From an uncultured Gemmatimonadales bacterium (GTDB taxonomy: Bacteria > Gemmatimonadota > Gemmatimonadetes > Longimicrobiales > RSA9), in the NCBI GenBank assembly GCA_963708135.1, contig OY970192.1, positions 4,192,001-4,256,000 of the forward strand: DNA of 64,000 nucleotides, given 5' to 3'. Shown here in pieces: positions 30,319 through 40,107 of the stretch. Both the position numbers and the translations under genes were made by a program. Numbering within the stretch: position 1 is the first letter of the stretch; every line of letters begins with the position of its first letter. The notes under the pieces were generated by a model. The model saw only the letters and a program-made list of their open reading frames with translations, had not been told where the DNA came from and searched no databases.

Positions 30319-33300
30319 TCAGAACGTCACGCGGAGCGTGGCGAGGAAGCTGCGGAACATCGGCCAGCCCTCCTGGTTGTACGCGAGCATGCCGCCCGGA
30401 TCGTTGCCCGAGGGGGCGCTGTTGCGCGCCTCGGGGTCGATGATCTTCGCGCCGAAGATCGAGCTCTGGGCGCGCCACAGGACGGCCAGGTTCTCCATGG
30501 AGAGCGTGAGCGCGGCCCGGGAGGCGCCCACCCGGCTGGTGATCACGTCGGGCAGGGTATAGGTGGCCGAGAGGCGCCGCAGTCGGGCGAAGCCGCCCTT
30601 CGCGGCCCCCTGCGGCCCGAGACTGTAGCCGAGCTGGCCGTAGCCGAGCAGGATCGGATCGGTCCGCTCGACGGCCGCCTTGGAGTCGACGAAGAAGCTG
30701 TGCTTTCCGGCGACGTCGCCGTCGATCCACTCGCTGCCCGCGTCGCCTTCCACCAGCCCGTAGAGCTCCAGGTTGCGCAGCAGCGTGAGCGTCGCCGAGA
30801 AGCCGCCGGTCCAGGTCGGCAGCGGCGAGCCGTAGTAGACGGCGGGCGCCTGGGCACACGGCACGGGCGGCCCGCCGCCGCGCGAGAGGTTCGAGTTGGG
30901 CTCGAGCGGCCCGCTCTCGCACATGAGGTTCGTCGCCACGTTCCGGCCGTTGACCTGCGTGAGGTCGGCGGAGACGATCCGCTTGAAGAAGATGCTGCTC
31001 AGCGGGTAGCCGGGGAGGTGGAACTGCCCGAACGTCGCGTTCATCACGAACGGTGCTCCGCCCCCGATGTCGAGCACGTCATTGGTGTTGTGGGACAGCG
31101 TCAGGTCGAGGTCGAGCCCGACGTTGCGGCCGTGGTAGGCCGCCCCCTTGATGCTCGACTCGAAGCCGCGGTTGCGCACCTCGCCGATGTTCTTGTACTG
31201 CGTGCCGGGGAAGCCGAGGGAGGGGAGCGCGGGCACCGGCACGATGGCGTTGGTCGTGAGCTTGTTGTAGTAGGTGAAGCTGAGGCCGAGGCGGTCCTGG
31301 AAGAGGCTGGCGTCGAGGCCGGCCTCGAGCTCCTGCCCGACCTCCGGCTTCAGGTCCGCGTTCCCCAGGTTCTGCGGGGTGAGCGCCGGCTGGTCCCCGA
31401 CGCCGACCTGCGGGGCATAGGTCCGCAGCGCCGCGAAGACGTCGGGCTGCTGGCCCGCCTTGCCCCACGCCGCGCGCAGCTTGAGGGCGTTAAGGAAGGA
31501 GCGTCCCCGCAGGAACGGCTCGTCGCTGACCACCCAGCTGGCGCTGAACTTCGGATAGACCACGAACTTGAAGTTCTTGCCGAAGGCGCTGTTGTCGTCA
31601 CCGCGGACGGCTGCGGTCAGGAACAGCCGGTCCTTCCAGGCGAGCTGCTCCTGGGCATAGGTGCCGAAGGTCTTGTTCTCGAGATAGTCCTCGGCGGCCG
31701 TCTTGGTGCCCCCCGCCGTCACCGTCTCCAGCTGGCTCACCGGGAAGACATCGCCCTGCCCGAAGATGTAGCCGCTCGCCTTTCGGTAGTACTGTGCGCC
31801 GGCCGAGGTGGCCGAGTTGAGGTTCCTGGCGAGGTCGAACGTCGCCGTGGCGCTGTAGTCCACGCTGGCATAGGAGACCCGGTTGCTCACCACCTGCTTG
31901 CGGCCCTGCGGGTAGTTCGAGCCGATGCCCGCGATCCGCTTGTAGAGCTCCGAGTTCTGCGTGTCCGTGAAGTCCCCGCCCACCGTGAGGCGGTGCGTGA
32001 GCCAGCCAACGGGCTTGTGCGTGGCGGTGAAGCTGTACGTCGTGCGGTCCAGGTTCTGGTAGCCGAAGATGTCGTTCTGCTCCACCTCCGGCAGATAGCC
32101 GATGTAGCCCCGGAACGCGCCGTCGAGCGCGTTCGGCAGACCGCTCCCCGGCGCGCAGCCCGGCGCGGGACACGCCCAGATGATCGACGTCGTGATCGGC
32201 TGCTGCGCGGACGCGGTGCGCAAGGTGCTCCGCACGGCGCCGATCCCGAAGTCGAGCGTCAGCTTGTCCGTGGGCACCCAGTTGAGGGTGCCACGGCCGT
32301 TCAGCTGGTTCTTCCAGTTGTACGACACCACCCCTTCGTTCCGGTCCCAGTCGAAGGAGAAGTAGTAGTTCACCTGCTCGCCGCCCCCGGAAAGATTGGC
32401 GCCGTAGCCGCGCGGCAGGCCCGTGCTGAACACGGAGCCCTTGCACACGTCCCCCGCCTGGCTGTACGGCGCCGGACAGTAACCGTACTGGGTCACGGGG
32501 AAGCCGACCGTGCGGTCGTGCGTCAGCACGTTCACGGCGACGGCCTGGCCGTCGGCGCCCTTGTAGTAGACGGGGCCGAAGAGCTCCTCCGGGTTGGGCA
32601 GCCAGTTGGCCCCCTGACGCGCCTGGAAGTGGAAGGTCGGCTTTCCGGCGTGCCCCTTCTTCGTGATGATGTTGATCACCCCGTTCGAGGCTTCGGTGCC
32701 GTACAGCGTGGCCGCCGACGGCCCCTTGATGATCTCGATGCTCTGGATGTCCTCCGGGTCGATGTCGTTCAGCCGCGACGGCGGCGTGCGCGCGTCCGTC
32801 CCCACGCCCGCCGCGCCGCCGAAGTCCGCGTTGTTGTTGTTCACCCGCACCCCGTCAATGTAGATCAGTGGCTCCGAGCTCAGGCTCATGCTGCTCACGC
32901 CGCGAATCCGGATGTTCGAGCCCGCACCGATCTCGCCGCGTGAGCGCGCCACCTGAACCCCCGCCACCTGCCCGCCGAGCAGCGATTCGAGGTTCGGCGG
33001 AGGCGCCTCCGCCACCAGCTGGTCCGCCCGCACCTTGCCCACCGAGTTCCCCAGCGAGCGCACCTGCTGCGCACCCGGCGTCCCCGTCACCACCAGCTCG
33101 TTCAGCGTCAGCGCCGCTTGCGACAGCGCGATCCGGATCGCCAGATCGCCCACGCGTGCATCCTGCTCCGCCGTCCGGTAGCCCAGCATGACCACCTGGA
33201 GCCGCACGTCGTTCCCCGAAACGCCCTCGATCCGGAACCGCCCGTCCGCTGTCGTCAGTGCACCGCTCTGCGTCCCCATCACCACGACCTGGGCCCCCGC

Positions 33301-33480
33301 CAGCGGCCGCGCGGACGCCGCGTCCACCACCTGCCCGCCCACCGCCTGCTGAGCCCGCACCGCGGCCGGCGCCCAGAACCCCAGCAGCACCGCCGCCGCG
33401 ACCACCGCCCGGCCCGGCACTCCACCACCGCGCCCGGCACGACAACCCCGGAAGCTTCCCGGAGAGCGTCTGCTTGTCAT
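30319..33480 (-). CDS. SusC/RagA-type TonB-dependent transporter (second)
   Basis: IEIIKGPSAATLYG, VYPKFSAS, terminal Phe; clear paralog of 24445. Confidence 0.93.
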   Translation of the reverse strand: MTSRRSPGSFRGCRAGRGGGVPGRAVVAAAVLLGFWAPAAVRAQQAVGGQVVDAASARPLAGAQVVVMGTQSGALTTADGRFRIEGVSGNDVRLQVVMLGYRTAEQDARVGDLAIRIALSQAALTLNELVVTGTPGAQQVRSLGNSVGKVRADQLVAEAPPPNLESLLGGQVAGVQVARSRGEIGAGSNIRIRGVSSMSLSSEPLIYIDGVRVNNNNADFGGAAGVGTDARTPPSRLNDIDPEDIQSIEIIKGPSAATLYGTEASNGVINIITKKGHAGKPTFHFQARQGANWLPNPEELFGPVYYKGADGQAVAVNVLTHDRTVGFPVTQYGYCPAPYSQAGDVCKGSVFSTGLPRGYGANLSGGGEQVNYYFSFDWDRNEGVVSYNWKNQLNGRGTLNWVPTDKLTLDFGIGAVRSTLRTASAQQPITTSIIWACPAPGCAPGSGLPNALDGAFRGYIGYLPEVEQNDIFGYQNLDRTTYSFTATHKPVGWLTHRLTVGGDFTDTQNSELYKRIAGIGSNYPQGRKQVVSNRVSYASVDYSATATFDLARNLNSATSAGAQYYRKASGYIFGQGDVFPVSQLETVTAGGTKTAAEDYLENKTFGTYAQEQLAWKDRLFLTAAVRGDDNSAFGKNFKFVVYPKFSASWVVSDEPFLRGRSFLNALKLRAAWGKAGQQPDVFAALRTYAPQVGVGDQPALTPQNLGNADLKPEVGQELEAGLDASLFQDRLGLSFTYYNKLTTNAIVPVPALPSLGFPGTQYKNIGEVRNRGFESSIKGAAYHGRNVGLDLDLTLSHNTNDVLDIGGGAPFVMNATFGQFHLPGYPLSSIFFKRIVSADLTQVNGRNVATNLMCESGPLEPNSNLSRGGGPPVPCAQAPAVYYGSPLPTWTGGFSATLTLLRNLELYGLVEGDAGSEWIDGDVAGKHSFFVDSKAAVERTDPILLGYGQLGYSLGPQGAAKGGFARLRRLSATYTLPDVITSRVGASRAALTLSMENLAVLWRAQSSIFGAKIIDPEARNSAPSGNDPGGMLAYNQEGWPMFRSFLATLRVTF

Positions 33481-33696
33481 CGACTCCTCCTGTGTCTCGC
33501 TGGGGGATCAACGCACGCTAAAGGCGGCAGGCCGGCATCGGCTGTCGCTGACGTCCGGGCGCGCCCCTCCCGCGGGAGGAGCGTCCCATCGACTGGGTGG
33601 TTGTCTGGGCAAAAGCGTCAACGGAGGCCGCGGCAACGCGGGACACCCCCGTCCACCGGCAGGCGAGCCCCACAGCGTGCGGGCCGCGGGGGATCC

Positions 33697-33817
33697 TGTA
33701 CACTAGCTTGTACACGGCTGCCCCTGCGGTCAAGGGTTTTGGCGGCGGGGGGGGGGTGGGCACGGGGGGCTTGCGCGGGGGCCGCGCGGCGGCTTACTGT
33801 GCCCGTGTCTGTATACA
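33697..33817. promoter_or_regulatory. Divergent sigma70-like promoters with GntR-like boxes
   Basis: Minus: TTGACC-17bp-CAAGCT with TGTACAC at 33697 and 33709; plus: TTGCGC-18bp-TACTGT then TGTATACA at 33810. Confidence 0.65.
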
Positions 33818-33955
33818 ATGCCGCTTCCCCATCGAACGATCCACTCCGCTCACGCGCCGCAGCCGAGGCCACGGGGCCGAAGCCGCGGGCGGGGCCGGAC
33901 CGGGCGCCGTCGCGGGAAGCGCACGCTCGCCGCGCGACCACATCGAGGAGGACTC

Positions 33956-35527
33956 GTGCGAACGCTCCGTCAGCCGTGGCTATCCGTCCTGGCGCTCCTG
34001 CTGGCGTGCGCGGCTCCCGCGCTCGGCCAGCAGCAGCGCGCGCCGAAGGGGCTGGATGCCTACATCGAGAGCGCCATGAGAGCCTGGCAGGTGCCGGGGG
34101 TCGCGCTGGCCGTGGTGCGGAACGACTCGGTGGTGTACGCGCGCGGCTATGGTGTGCGGCAGCTGGGGAAGCCTGACCGCGTGGACACGCACACGATCTT
34201 CGCGATCGGCTCGTCGTCGAAGGCGTTCACGGTGGCGGCGATGGGGATGCTGGTGGATGAGGGGAAGGTGAAGTGGGACGACCGGGTGACGGAGGAGCTT
34301 CCGGGGTTCCAGATGTACGACCCGTGGGTGACGCGGGAGATCCGGGTGCGGGACCTCATGTGCCACCGGGCGGATGTCGAGCGGGCGGACGGGGTGTGGT
34401 ACGGCACGCCGTACGGCCGCGAGGACCTGGTGCGGCGGGTGCGGTTCCTGAAGCCGATTGCGAGCTTCCGGAGCGAGTACAGCTACAACAACATGATGTT
34501 TCTGACGGCCGGGCAGATCGTGGCGCGCGAGTTCGGGGCGTCGTGGGACGACGTGGTGCGCACGCGCATCTTCGAGCCGCTGGGGATGACGCGGACGGTG
34601 ACGACGACGAAGGTGCTGCCGTCGATGCAGGACGTTGCCACGCCGCACGAGCGCGTGGACGGGAAGGTGGTCCCGATCCGGTGGCGGAACCTGGACAACG
34701 TCGCGCCGGCGGGGGCGATCAACTCGGACGTGCTGGACATGGCGCAGTGGGTCCGCTTCCAGCTGGGCGATGGCACGTTCGGCGGCAAGCGGCTGCTGGC
34801 CGCGAAGACGCTCTCGGAGATGCACTCGCCGCAGACGATCATCCACCTGAGCCCGTGGCCGGAGAGCGAGCCGGACCCGGTGCGCGCGCTGATGGTGCCG
34901 GGCACGCACTTCATGGCGTACGGGCTCGGCTGGTTCCTGCAGGACTACCACGGCAGCCTGCTGGTGGGGCACGGCGGCGCGATCGACGGCATGCGCGCGC
35001 AGGTGGCCTTCCTCCCGGAGCGGCACCTGGGTCTCGTGATCCTGACCAATCTGGACAACAGCTCGAACAACCTTCCCGAGGCGCTGCTCTTCCGGGTGCT
35101 CGATGCCTACGCGGGCGAGCCGACGCGGGACTACGCGGGCGAGGAGCTGGCGGCGCTGCACGCCAACGATGCGAAGGTGGAGGCGGCGAAGGCGAAGGCG
35201 ATCGCGGAGCGCAACGCCGCGGCGGGGCCGTCGCTTCCGCTGGCCGGCTACGCGGGAGAGTACGCTGACAGCCTGATGGGGAGCGCGCAGGTGGCGGAGG
35301 AAGGCGGAAAGCTGACGCTGCGGCTGCCGGCGTTCTTCGGGGACCTGACGCACTGGCAGTACGACACGTTCCGCTTCACGGAGCGTGATGCGCCGGCGCC
35401 GCTGGACGTGCTGGTCACCTTCCAGATCGACGCCAGCGGCAAGGTAGTGTCGATGCAGGTGCCGGGGCTGACGACGTTCGGCCGGGTGGCGGAGCCGCTC
35501 AAGGCGGCGCCGGGAGGTGGCCGATGA
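33956..35527 (+). CDS. Serine hydrolase (class C-like) with DUF3471-like C-terminus
   Basis: RBS GAGGAGG; SSSK, YNN, HGG; HWQYDTF. Confidence 0.9.
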   Translation: MRTLRQPWLSVLALLLACAAPALGQQQRAPKGLDAYIESAMRAWQVPGVALAVVRNDSVVYARGYGVRQLGKPDRVDTHTIFAIGSSSKAFTVAAMGMLVDEGKVKWDDRVTEELPGFQMYDPWVTREIRVRDLMCHRADVERADGVWYGTPYGREDLVRRVRFLKPIASFRSEYSYNNMMFLTAGQIVAREFGASWDDVVRTRIFEPLGMTRTVTTTKVLPSMQDVATPHERVDGKVVPIRWRNLDNVAPAGAINSDVLDMAQWVRFQLGDGTFGGKRLLAAKTLSEMHSPQTIIHLSPWPESEPDPVRALMVPGTHFMAYGLGWFLQDYHGSLLVGHGGAIDGMRAQVAFLPERHLGLVILTNLDNSSNNLPEALLFRVLDAYAGEPTRDYAGEELAALHANDAKVEAAKAKAIAERNAAAGPSLPLAGYAGEYADSLMGSAQVAEEGGKLTLRLPAFFGDLTHWQYDTFRFTERDAPAPLDVLVTFQIDASGKVVSMQVPGLTTFGRVAEPLKAAPGGGR

Positions 35528-36741
35528 GTGTCGCCGGGATCACGCGCCGGGAGGCGCTCCGGCGGGTGGGGCTCGCGGGCGCCGCCGTCGTCGCCGCGCC
35601 GATGGTGAACCTCGGTCGCTACCGCCTGTTTGCCGGCATTCCCACGGAGTACTCGGCGCGCGCGGTGAAGCTGGTCACGGAGTCGCTGGTGATCGACATG
35701 CTCGGTCCGATGCAGCTCGCGGACTCGATCGAGAGGAAGTGGTTCGGGACGCCGGACGGCTTCACGGCTGCGGACTTCCAGCGCTTCCGCGACTCGCAGA
35801 TCAACGTCTTCCACATCGCGGTGGGGATCGGCGGCCGGCAGGCGTACGAGTCGGTGCTGCTATTCGTGGCCGCGTGGAACTCGTTCATCGCGGCGCACCC
35901 CGAGTGGCTGGTGCGGATCGACCAGGCGGGGGACCTCGACACGGTGCTCGGCTCGGGGCACGTGGGCGTGCTGATCGGGCTGCAGGACTCCGACCACTTC
36001 CGCCGGCCGGAGGACGTGGACCTCTTCCACTCCCTCGGCCAGCGCGTGTCGCAGCTGACCTACAACAGCCGCAACCTCATCGGCAACGGCTCGACCGAGC
36101 GGGTGGACGGTGGCGTGAGCGACTTCGGCGCCGCGATCATCGCGCGCATGAACCAGGTCGGCATGGCCGTGGACGTCTCCCACAGCGGGGACCGCACGAC
36201 GCTGGACGCGTTGGACCTCTCGAAGCGCGCCGTCCTCTTCACGCACTCGAACTGCCGCGCCCTGAACCCGGGACACCCGCGCTGCAAGACGGACGAGGCG
36301 ATCCGCAAGATGGCCGCGCAGGGCGGCGTCATGGGGATCACCGCCGTGCGCATGTTCGTGAAGGCGACGGAGCCCACGACGATCGAGGACCTCCTCGACC
36401 ACTACGACCACGTGCGCGACCTGGTCGGCCCCGAGCACCTCGGCATCGGCACCGACAGCGATCTGGACGGCTACGACAGGATGCCGGCCGACGAGAACAA
36501 GCGGCTGCGCGCCGGCTACAAGGGCAGCTACGGCTTCCGGGACCGGATCGACATCGACGGCATGAACCACCCGAAGAAGGTGTTCGACCTCACGGAGGGG
36601 CTGATTCGCCGGAAGTACTCGGACGCCGACATCCGCGCCATCCTCGGCGGCAACTTCAAGCGCGCGCTGACGGAGATCTGGGCGGGTATGCCCGCGCCGG
36701 AGACGGCGTCGGGCACGGGGTCGGGGCAAGCCGGATCGTAG
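35524..36741 (+). CDS. Membrane dipeptidase (M19) family, Tat-exported
   Basis: TRREAL; QLTYNSRN, VDVSH, THSN, GIGTD, ILGGNF. Confidence 0.88.
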   Translation: MSVAGITRREALRRVGLAGAAVVAAPMVNLGRYRLFAGIPTEYSARAVKLVTESLVIDMLGPMQLADSIERKWFGTPDGFTAADFQRFRDSQINVFHIAVGIGGRQAYESVLLFVAAWNSFIAAHPEWLVRIDQAGDLDTVLGSGHVGVLIGLQDSDHFRRPEDVDLFHSLGQRVSQLTYNSRNLIGNGSTERVDGGVSDFGAAIIARMNQVGMAVDVSHSGDRTTLDALDLSKRAVLFTHSNCRALNPGHPRCKTDEAIRKMAAQGGVMGITAVRMFVKATEPTTIEDLLDHYDHVRDLVGPEHLGIGTDSDLDGYDRMPADENKRLRAGYKGSYGFRDRIDIDGMNHPKKVFDLTEGLIRRKYSDADIRAILGGNFKRALTEIWAGMPAPETASGTGSGQAGS

Positions 36742-36797
36742 GGTCCGGATTTCCGGGCGTGGGCACGGGCCGAAAGCGAAAGCGAAAGAGAATGCGA

Positions 36798-38366
36798 ATG
36801 CGTGACGGGAGCGGGATCCGGAGGGGGGCACGCGCGGGGGTGCTCGCGGTGGCGGTGCTCTGCTCTGCGGCGCTGCCGACGGCGGGGCAGAAGGCGCCGC
36901 TCCAGGGGCTGGACGCCTACATCGGGCGGGCCATGACGGACTGGGGCGTGGCCGGGCTGTCGATCGCGGTCGTGCAGGATGACAGCGTCGTGTTCATCAA
37001 GGGGTACGGCGTGCGTGAGGCGGGCAAGCCGGCCCCGGTGGATGCCAACACGGTGTTCGCCATCGGCTCGAACACGAAGTTCTTCACGGCGGTGGCTGCC
37101 GGCACGCTGGTGGACGAGGGCCGCTTCTCCTTCGATGACCACGCCACGAAGTGGCTGCCGGACTTCCGGCTCTACGATCCGTGGGTCACGCGCGAGATCA
37201 CGATCCGGGACATGCTCTCGCACCGGAGCGGGCTGGGCCGCCGCGGCGACCTCCTCTGGTACGGCTCGCCGTACTCGCGCGCCGAGGTGCTGCGCCGGAT
37301 CCGCTACCTCGAGCCGAACACGAGCTTCCGCTCGCAGTTCGGCTATCAGAACATCATGGTGATGGGGGCGGGCCAGGCGGCCGCCGCCGCGGCGGGGATG
37401 AGCTGGGACGCCCTGGTGAAGGAGCGCATCCTCCAGCCGCTCGGCATGAGCTCCACGACCACCAGCGTGCGCGAGCTGGCGGCCATGTCGGACGTGGCCT
37501 CGCCGCACATCTGGATCGACGGCCACCCGGTGCCGATCGCCTACCGCGACATCGACAACATCGCGCCCGCCGGCTCGATCAACTCGAGCGCGCGCGACAT
37601 GGCGCAATGGCTGCGCCTGATCCTGGGCGACGGCCGCTACGCCGGCCACCAGGTGATCAAGCCCGCCACGCTGCACGACATCGAGTCGCCGCAGACGATC
37701 TCCGGCGCGCCGCACGACACGCTGCGGCCGTCCACCCACTTCGTCATGTACGGCCTCGGCATCGGCATGAGCGACTACAAGGGCGTGAAGGTCCTCCAGC
37801 ACACGGGCGGGATCGACGGCATGCTGTCGCTCGTGGCCATGGTGCCGGAGCGGCACTTCGGGCTCGTCGTGCTCACCAACACGCAGGGCCACAACGATCT
37901 GTTCACCGCGCTCATGTACCGGGTGCTCGACGCCTATCTGGGCGGCCCGACACGCGACTGGAGCGCCATCGGCCTCGCCCAGGCGAAGCGGGACGAGGTG
38001 CGCGCGGTGGAGATGGAGAAGAAGCTCGAGGCGGCGCGGGTCCCGAACACCACGCCGTCGCTGGCGCTCGAGAAGTACGCCGGCACGTACACGAGCGAGC
38101 TGTACGGCGACGCCGTGGTCACCCTCGCGGGCGACACCCTCTCGCTCCGCTTCGGGCCGAGCTTCGCGGGCACGCTCGAGCACTGGAACTACGACACCTT
38201 CCGCGCCCACTGGACGACCGGCGGCCGCGCGGCCGAGACGCTGCTGGGGCGGCCGCTCGTGACCTTCACGCTCGGCGCGGATGGGCGGCCGGCCAGCCTG
38301 GAGATCCAGGGCATCGCCACCTTCGAGCGGGCGAAGGAGAAGGCGGCGGAGCAGGAGAGGGACTAG
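36798..38366 (+). CDS. Serine hydrolase (class C-like) with DUF3471-like C-terminus
   Basis: SNTK, YQN, HTGG, HWNYDTF; start 36792 or 36798. Confidence 0.9.
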   Translation: MRDGSGIRRGARAGVLAVAVLCSAALPTAGQKAPLQGLDAYIGRAMTDWGVAGLSIAVVQDDSVVFIKGYGVREAGKPAPVDANTVFAIGSNTKFFTAVAAGTLVDEGRFSFDDHATKWLPDFRLYDPWVTREITIRDMLSHRSGLGRRGDLLWYGSPYSRAEVLRRIRYLEPNTSFRSQFGYQNIMVMGAGQAAAAAAGMSWDALVKERILQPLGMSSTTTSVRELAAMSDVASPHIWIDGHPVPIAYRDIDNIAPAGSINSSARDMAQWLRLILGDGRYAGHQVIKPATLHDIESPQTISGAPHDTLRPSTHFVMYGLGIGMSDYKGVKVLQHTGGIDGMLSLVAMVPERHFGLVVLTNTQGHNDLFTALMYRVLDAYLGGPTRDWSAIGLAQAKRDEVRAVEMEKKLEAARVPNTTPSLALEKYAGTYTSELYGDAVVTLAGDTLSLRFGPSFAGTLEHWNYDTFRAHWTTGGRAAETLLGRPLVTFTLGADGRPASLEIQGIATFERAKEKAAEQERD

Positions 38367-38389
38367 GCTCGGGCTTCGCGGTTCGGGGG

Positions 38390-40075
38390 ATGACAGGGAA
38401 CGGACGAAAGCGAATGCGAATGCGAAAGCGTGACAACCGCTGGGCCGCGGCGATGCTCGTGGCCGCCGTGCTGCTGCCTGCAGCGCTGCGGGCGCAGGCG
38501 CCGGAGTACGACATCGTGATCCGGAACGGCCGGGTGCTGGACGGGGCCGGCAACCCGTGGATCCGCGCCGACGTCGCCATCCGGGATGGCCGTTTCGCGA
38601 AGCTCGGCCACGTGACGGGCAGGGGGAAGGTCGAGATCGACGCCGCGGGCAAGTACGTGTCGCCGGGCTGGATCGACATGATGGACCAGTCGGGCGATGC
38701 CCTGCTCCAGAACGGGCTGGCGGAGAACAAGCTCCAGGAGGGCGTGACCACGGCCATCGGCGGCGAGGGCGGCTTCCCGGTGCCGGCGGAATCGATCCCG
38801 GACTACTGGGCCCGGCTACGGAAGCAGGGCATCAGCATCAACTTCGGCAGCTACTTCAACGAGGCGCAGGCGCGCGTCCCGCTGCTCGGCTACTCGGCGC
38901 GGGAGCCCACGCCGGTCGAGCTGGACAGCATGAAGCGGATCATGGCCACGGCCATGAGGAACGGCGCGATGGGGATGAGCACGGCGCTGATCTACCCGCC
39001 GCTGTCGTACGCGAAGACGCCGGAGCTCGTGGCGGTGGCGAAGGTGGCGGGCGAGTACGGCGGCATCTACGCGAGCCACATGCGGGATGAGGGCAAGGGG
39101 ATCCTGGGCGCGGTGCACGAGGCGATCGAGATCGGGGAGGAGGGTCATCTGCCGGTCGAGATCTTCCACCTGAAGGTCGCCTACGCGCCGGGCTGGGGCG
39201 TGCTGATGCCGAAGCTCGCCGCGCTGGTGGACAGCGCGCGCGGGCGCGGCGTGGACATCGCCGCGGACCTGTACGTCTACACGGCCGGCGGCACGGGGCT
39301 CGAGGCCACCATCCCGGCGTGGGCGCACGAGGGCGGGACGGATTCGCTGAAGGCGCGCCTGGCCCGGCCGGAGGTGCGCGCGCGGCTGAAGCGCGAGATC
39401 CGCACCGGCTCGCCCGGCTGGTGGAACATCGTGGAGGCGTCGGGCGGGTGGAAGAACATCATCCTCGTGAACGCGCGCAACGAGGCGAACGCGAAGTACG
39501 AGAACAAGTCGCTCGAGGAGATCGCGAAGGCGATGGGAAAGAGCCCGGCGGACGCGGCCTTTGACCTGGTGTCGGAGGGCCACGGCCGGGTCATGGCGCT
39601 CTACTTCATGATGACGGACAGGGACATCCGGACGGCGCTCCAGCTCCCGTGGACGAGCATCGGCAGCGACGCGGGGGCCTCCGTGACCCGCGGCGGCGTC
39701 GGGCCGACCGGGCTCACCCACCCGCGCGCGTACGGCAACTTCCCGCGCTTCCTCTCGCACTACGTGCGTGACGAGCACCTGATGTCGCTGCCGCAGGCGA
39801 TCCGGAAGATCACCTCGTGGCCGGCCACGCGCATGCGCCTGGACGACCGCGGCGTCATCCGCGAGGGGGCGTGGGCCGACGCCGTCGTCTTCGACTATCA
39901 GAAGCTCACGGACCGGGCCACCTACGAGCACCCGATGGAGTATCCGGAGGGCATCGACTACGTGCTCGTGAACGGCCGGGTCGTGATCGACCACGGCCGG
40001 CACACGGGCGCCCGCCCCGGCATGCCGCTCTATGGACCCGGCTACGACGGCCAGCGGGTGAGCAGCCGAGACTGA
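38390..40075 (+). CDS. D-aminoacylase family amidohydrolase
   Basis: SPGWID, SHMRDE, IFHLK, IGSD, HPRAYGNFP; start could be a later ATG. Confidence 0.88.
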   Translation: MTGNGRKRMRMRKRDNRWAAAMLVAAVLLPAALRAQAPEYDIVIRNGRVLDGAGNPWIRADVAIRDGRFAKLGHVTGRGKVEIDAAGKYVSPGWIDMMDQSGDALLQNGLAENKLQEGVTTAIGGEGGFPVPAESIPDYWARLRKQGISINFGSYFNEAQARVPLLGYSAREPTPVELDSMKRIMATAMRNGAMGMSTALIYPPLSYAKTPELVAVAKVAGEYGGIYASHMRDEGKGILGAVHEAIEIGEEGHLPVEIFHLKVAYAPGWGVLMPKLAALVDSARGRGVDIAADLYVYTAGGTGLEATIPAWAHEGGTDSLKARLARPEVRARLKREIRTGSPGWWNIVEASGGWKNIILVNARNEANAKYENKSLEEIAKAMGKSPADAAFDLVSEGHGRVMALYFMMTDRDIRTALQLPWTSIGSDAGASVTRGGVGPTGLTHPRAYGNFPRFLSHYVRDEHLMSLPQAIRKITSWPATRMRLDDRGVIREGAWADAVVFDYQKLTDRATYEHPMEYPEGIDYVLVNGRVVIDHGRHTGARPGMPLYGPGYDGQRVSSRD

Positions 40076-40107
40076 ACACGGACGCACCCTACAGGAGGAC
40101 GAGAGTC

